From IMG/VR virus record IMGVR_UViG_3300045988_107309: a DNA stretch of 64,000 bases, one strand, 5' to 3'. The notes under the pieces are model-generated. The model was not told the DNA's origin. It did not search any database and saw only the letters and a program-made list of their open reading frames with translations. The position numbers and the translations under genes are program-made. Shown here one piece after another: positions 62,744-64,000 of this stretch; the stretch's first letter is position 1, and the number at the start of each line of letters is the position of its first letter. This stretch comes from a virus.

Positions 62744-64000
62744 GTGGCAGTAAAACTTAAAAGAAAATCCATGTTCAAGAGAGGATTTGAAAAGAGGGAG
62801 AAAGAGACTCCCATTACATTAGACCAACAACAGGATTTAGCTGTTCATGCTAAAGACAGTAATGTTTTAGTCGTTGCCGGAGCAGGTTCGGGAAAGACCA
62901 GAGTACTTACAGAGAGAATCAAGTTTCTTTTAGAAGAGGGTGTTCCACCTTGTAATATAGTTGCAATTACTTTCACCAACATGGCGGCAGAGGAAATGAA
63001 AGAAAGACTGTATGATGTGGAGGGAATAGGTGACGCTTTCATTGGAACTATTCACTCTTTTGCAAATAGAGTGATGAAGTTGTCGGGAGAGAATTACAGA
63101 ATTTATGATGACGGAATTGACAATGACTTCCACCGGGAACTTATTACAAAGTACTGTAAGTCTTTAACTTTTGACAGATACCTTGAGTACAAGGATATGA
63201 AGACACAAGAAATGATGGGTAAGATTTCTGAAAAGGAACTCAATGAGTATCTTCTTCCGAGTGAACAGGGTGAGTTAAGACTTATTGAAAGAACTGAGGA
63301 CGCTATTGAGTATGAAATCAGTGTTGCCGGAAGTACCCAGTTTCCAGAAAGTATTGATACCTTATGCAAGGCAAGAAATGTTATCACCTTTGAGGAATTG
63401 CTGAAAAGAGCAGAGACATACTTTAGGAGTATCAATGCTGAGATTGAACACGTTCTGGTAGACGAGTTCCAAGATGTAGGCTCACTTGAGTTTAACTTCA
63501 TTGACTCACTGCAAGCAGACAACTATTTCCTTGTAGGTGATGACTGGCAGAGTATTTACAGCTTTAAAGGTGGTAATGTTAAAATCTTTATGAAGCTGAT
63601 TGAAGATGGACTGTTTCATGTGTATTATCTCACTAACAACTATCGAAACAGCAGGTCAGTGTTGGAGATTGCAGACACCATTATTTCACAGGTGTACAGT
63701 AAGATTGACAAGACTATTGTTCCAATTTCAGAAGAAGAGGGTTCTGTACAACTTCTTTCTAAGAGGACAATGCCAGTAGTCCTTGACTCCATTAAGAAAG
63801 ACGGAAACTTCCGGGATTATTTTATCCTTGTGAGAACTAATAAAGACCTCTTTAAAGTGCAGGAGATTTGTGAGGAGAATGAAGTACCCTTTACCACTTT
63901 TAAAAGAGAGGGTATGTCACTTGCAGACTTAAAGAGACACATGGACTCCAACAGAGTAAAGATACTGACTGTTCATGTATCAAAAGGTCTTGAAGTGAAG
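62744..64000 (+). CDS. UvrD/PcrA-type superfamily 1 helicase (3'-truncated by window end)
   Basis: not in the track because no stop lies in the window. GTG 62744 after AAGGAGAA; motifs VVAGAGSGKT (I), VDEFQDV (II), GDDWQSIYSFKGG (III), NYRNS (IV), TVHVSKGLE (V). Confidence 0.8.
   Translation, partial: MAVKLKRKSMFKRGFEKREKETPITLDQQQDLAVHAKDSNVLVVAGAGSGKTRVLTERIKFLLEEGVPPCNIVAITFTNMAAEEMKERLYDVEGIGDAFIGTIHSFANRVMKLSGENYRIYDDGIDNDFHRELITKYCKSLTFDRYLEYKDMKTQEMMGKISEKELNEYLLPSEQGELRLIERTEDAIEYEISVAGSTQFPESIDTLCKARNVITFEELLKRAETYFRSINAEIEHVLVDEFQDVGSLEFNFIDSLQADNYFLVGDDWQSIYSFKGGNVKIFMKLIEDGLFHVYYLTNNYRNSRSVLEIADTIISQVYSKIDKTIVPISEEEGSVQLLSKRTMPVVLDSIKKDGNFRDYFILVRTNKDLFKVQEICEENEVPFTTFKREGMSLADLKRHMDSNRVKILTVHVSKGLEVK

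Noticed and set aside
1-64000. Lysogeny module (integrase, repressor, attP)
   Set aside because: No integrase or CI-like repressor is recognisable in this window. The MerR-like (47009) and RHH (58399) proteins are too generic. Lifestyle cannot be called from this segment.

Overview
The window is a long stretch of a dsDNA phage genome with a contractile tail. The RBS and lysin features suggest a Firmicutes/Clostridia-type host: strong GGAGG RBSs, and GH73, CHAP, CW_7, LysM and SleB domains. Every gene I can support is on the + strand. From left to right:

- **278-1282:** a roughly 1-kb non-coding region. Iteron-like GTGAG arrays flank an AT-rich core that is almost free of G.
- **1310-1851:** two small genes.
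- **1852-4056:** an RNA gene array with two promoters and one terminator. It holds 6 canonical tRNAs (Ser-GCU, Asn-GUU, Lys-UUU, Tyr-GUA, Thr-UGU, Gln-UUG). Some are separated by long, helix-closed structured spacers.
- **3397-4001:** four tandem Y-RNA-like / tRNA-like modules within that array. They lie directly upstream of a Ro60-type (TROVE+vWA) gene at 4090-5772. Two of the modules carry a circularly permuted tRNA-like domain.
- **5.8-13.5 kb:** accessory genes. These include a SleB-like hydrolase, DUF1653, DUF932, a SprT-like protein and an ATP-dependent DNA ligase.
- **13.5-37 kb:** a complete head and contractile-tail morphogenesis module. It runs TerL, portal, scaffold, capsid, sheath, tube, chaperone with a -1 frameshift, tape measure, baseplate and fibres.
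- **37478-41071:** a diversity-generating retroelement (DGR). The target gene has a C-terminal VR (39249-39354), the TR is at 39585-39690, and a DGR-type reverse transcriptase follows. I see no Avd gene.
- **41.7-44.3 kb:** the lysis module.
- **44.4-64 kb:** a replication and recombination module. It contains an SF2 helicase, DnaC-like loader, DnaB-like helicase, primase, SSB-like protein, HU, family A polymerase, dUTPase, RecA-like protein, nucleases, a free-standing HNH endonuclease and a 3'-truncated UvrD-like helicase.

All functional calls come from motif recognition by eye. No database search was possible.
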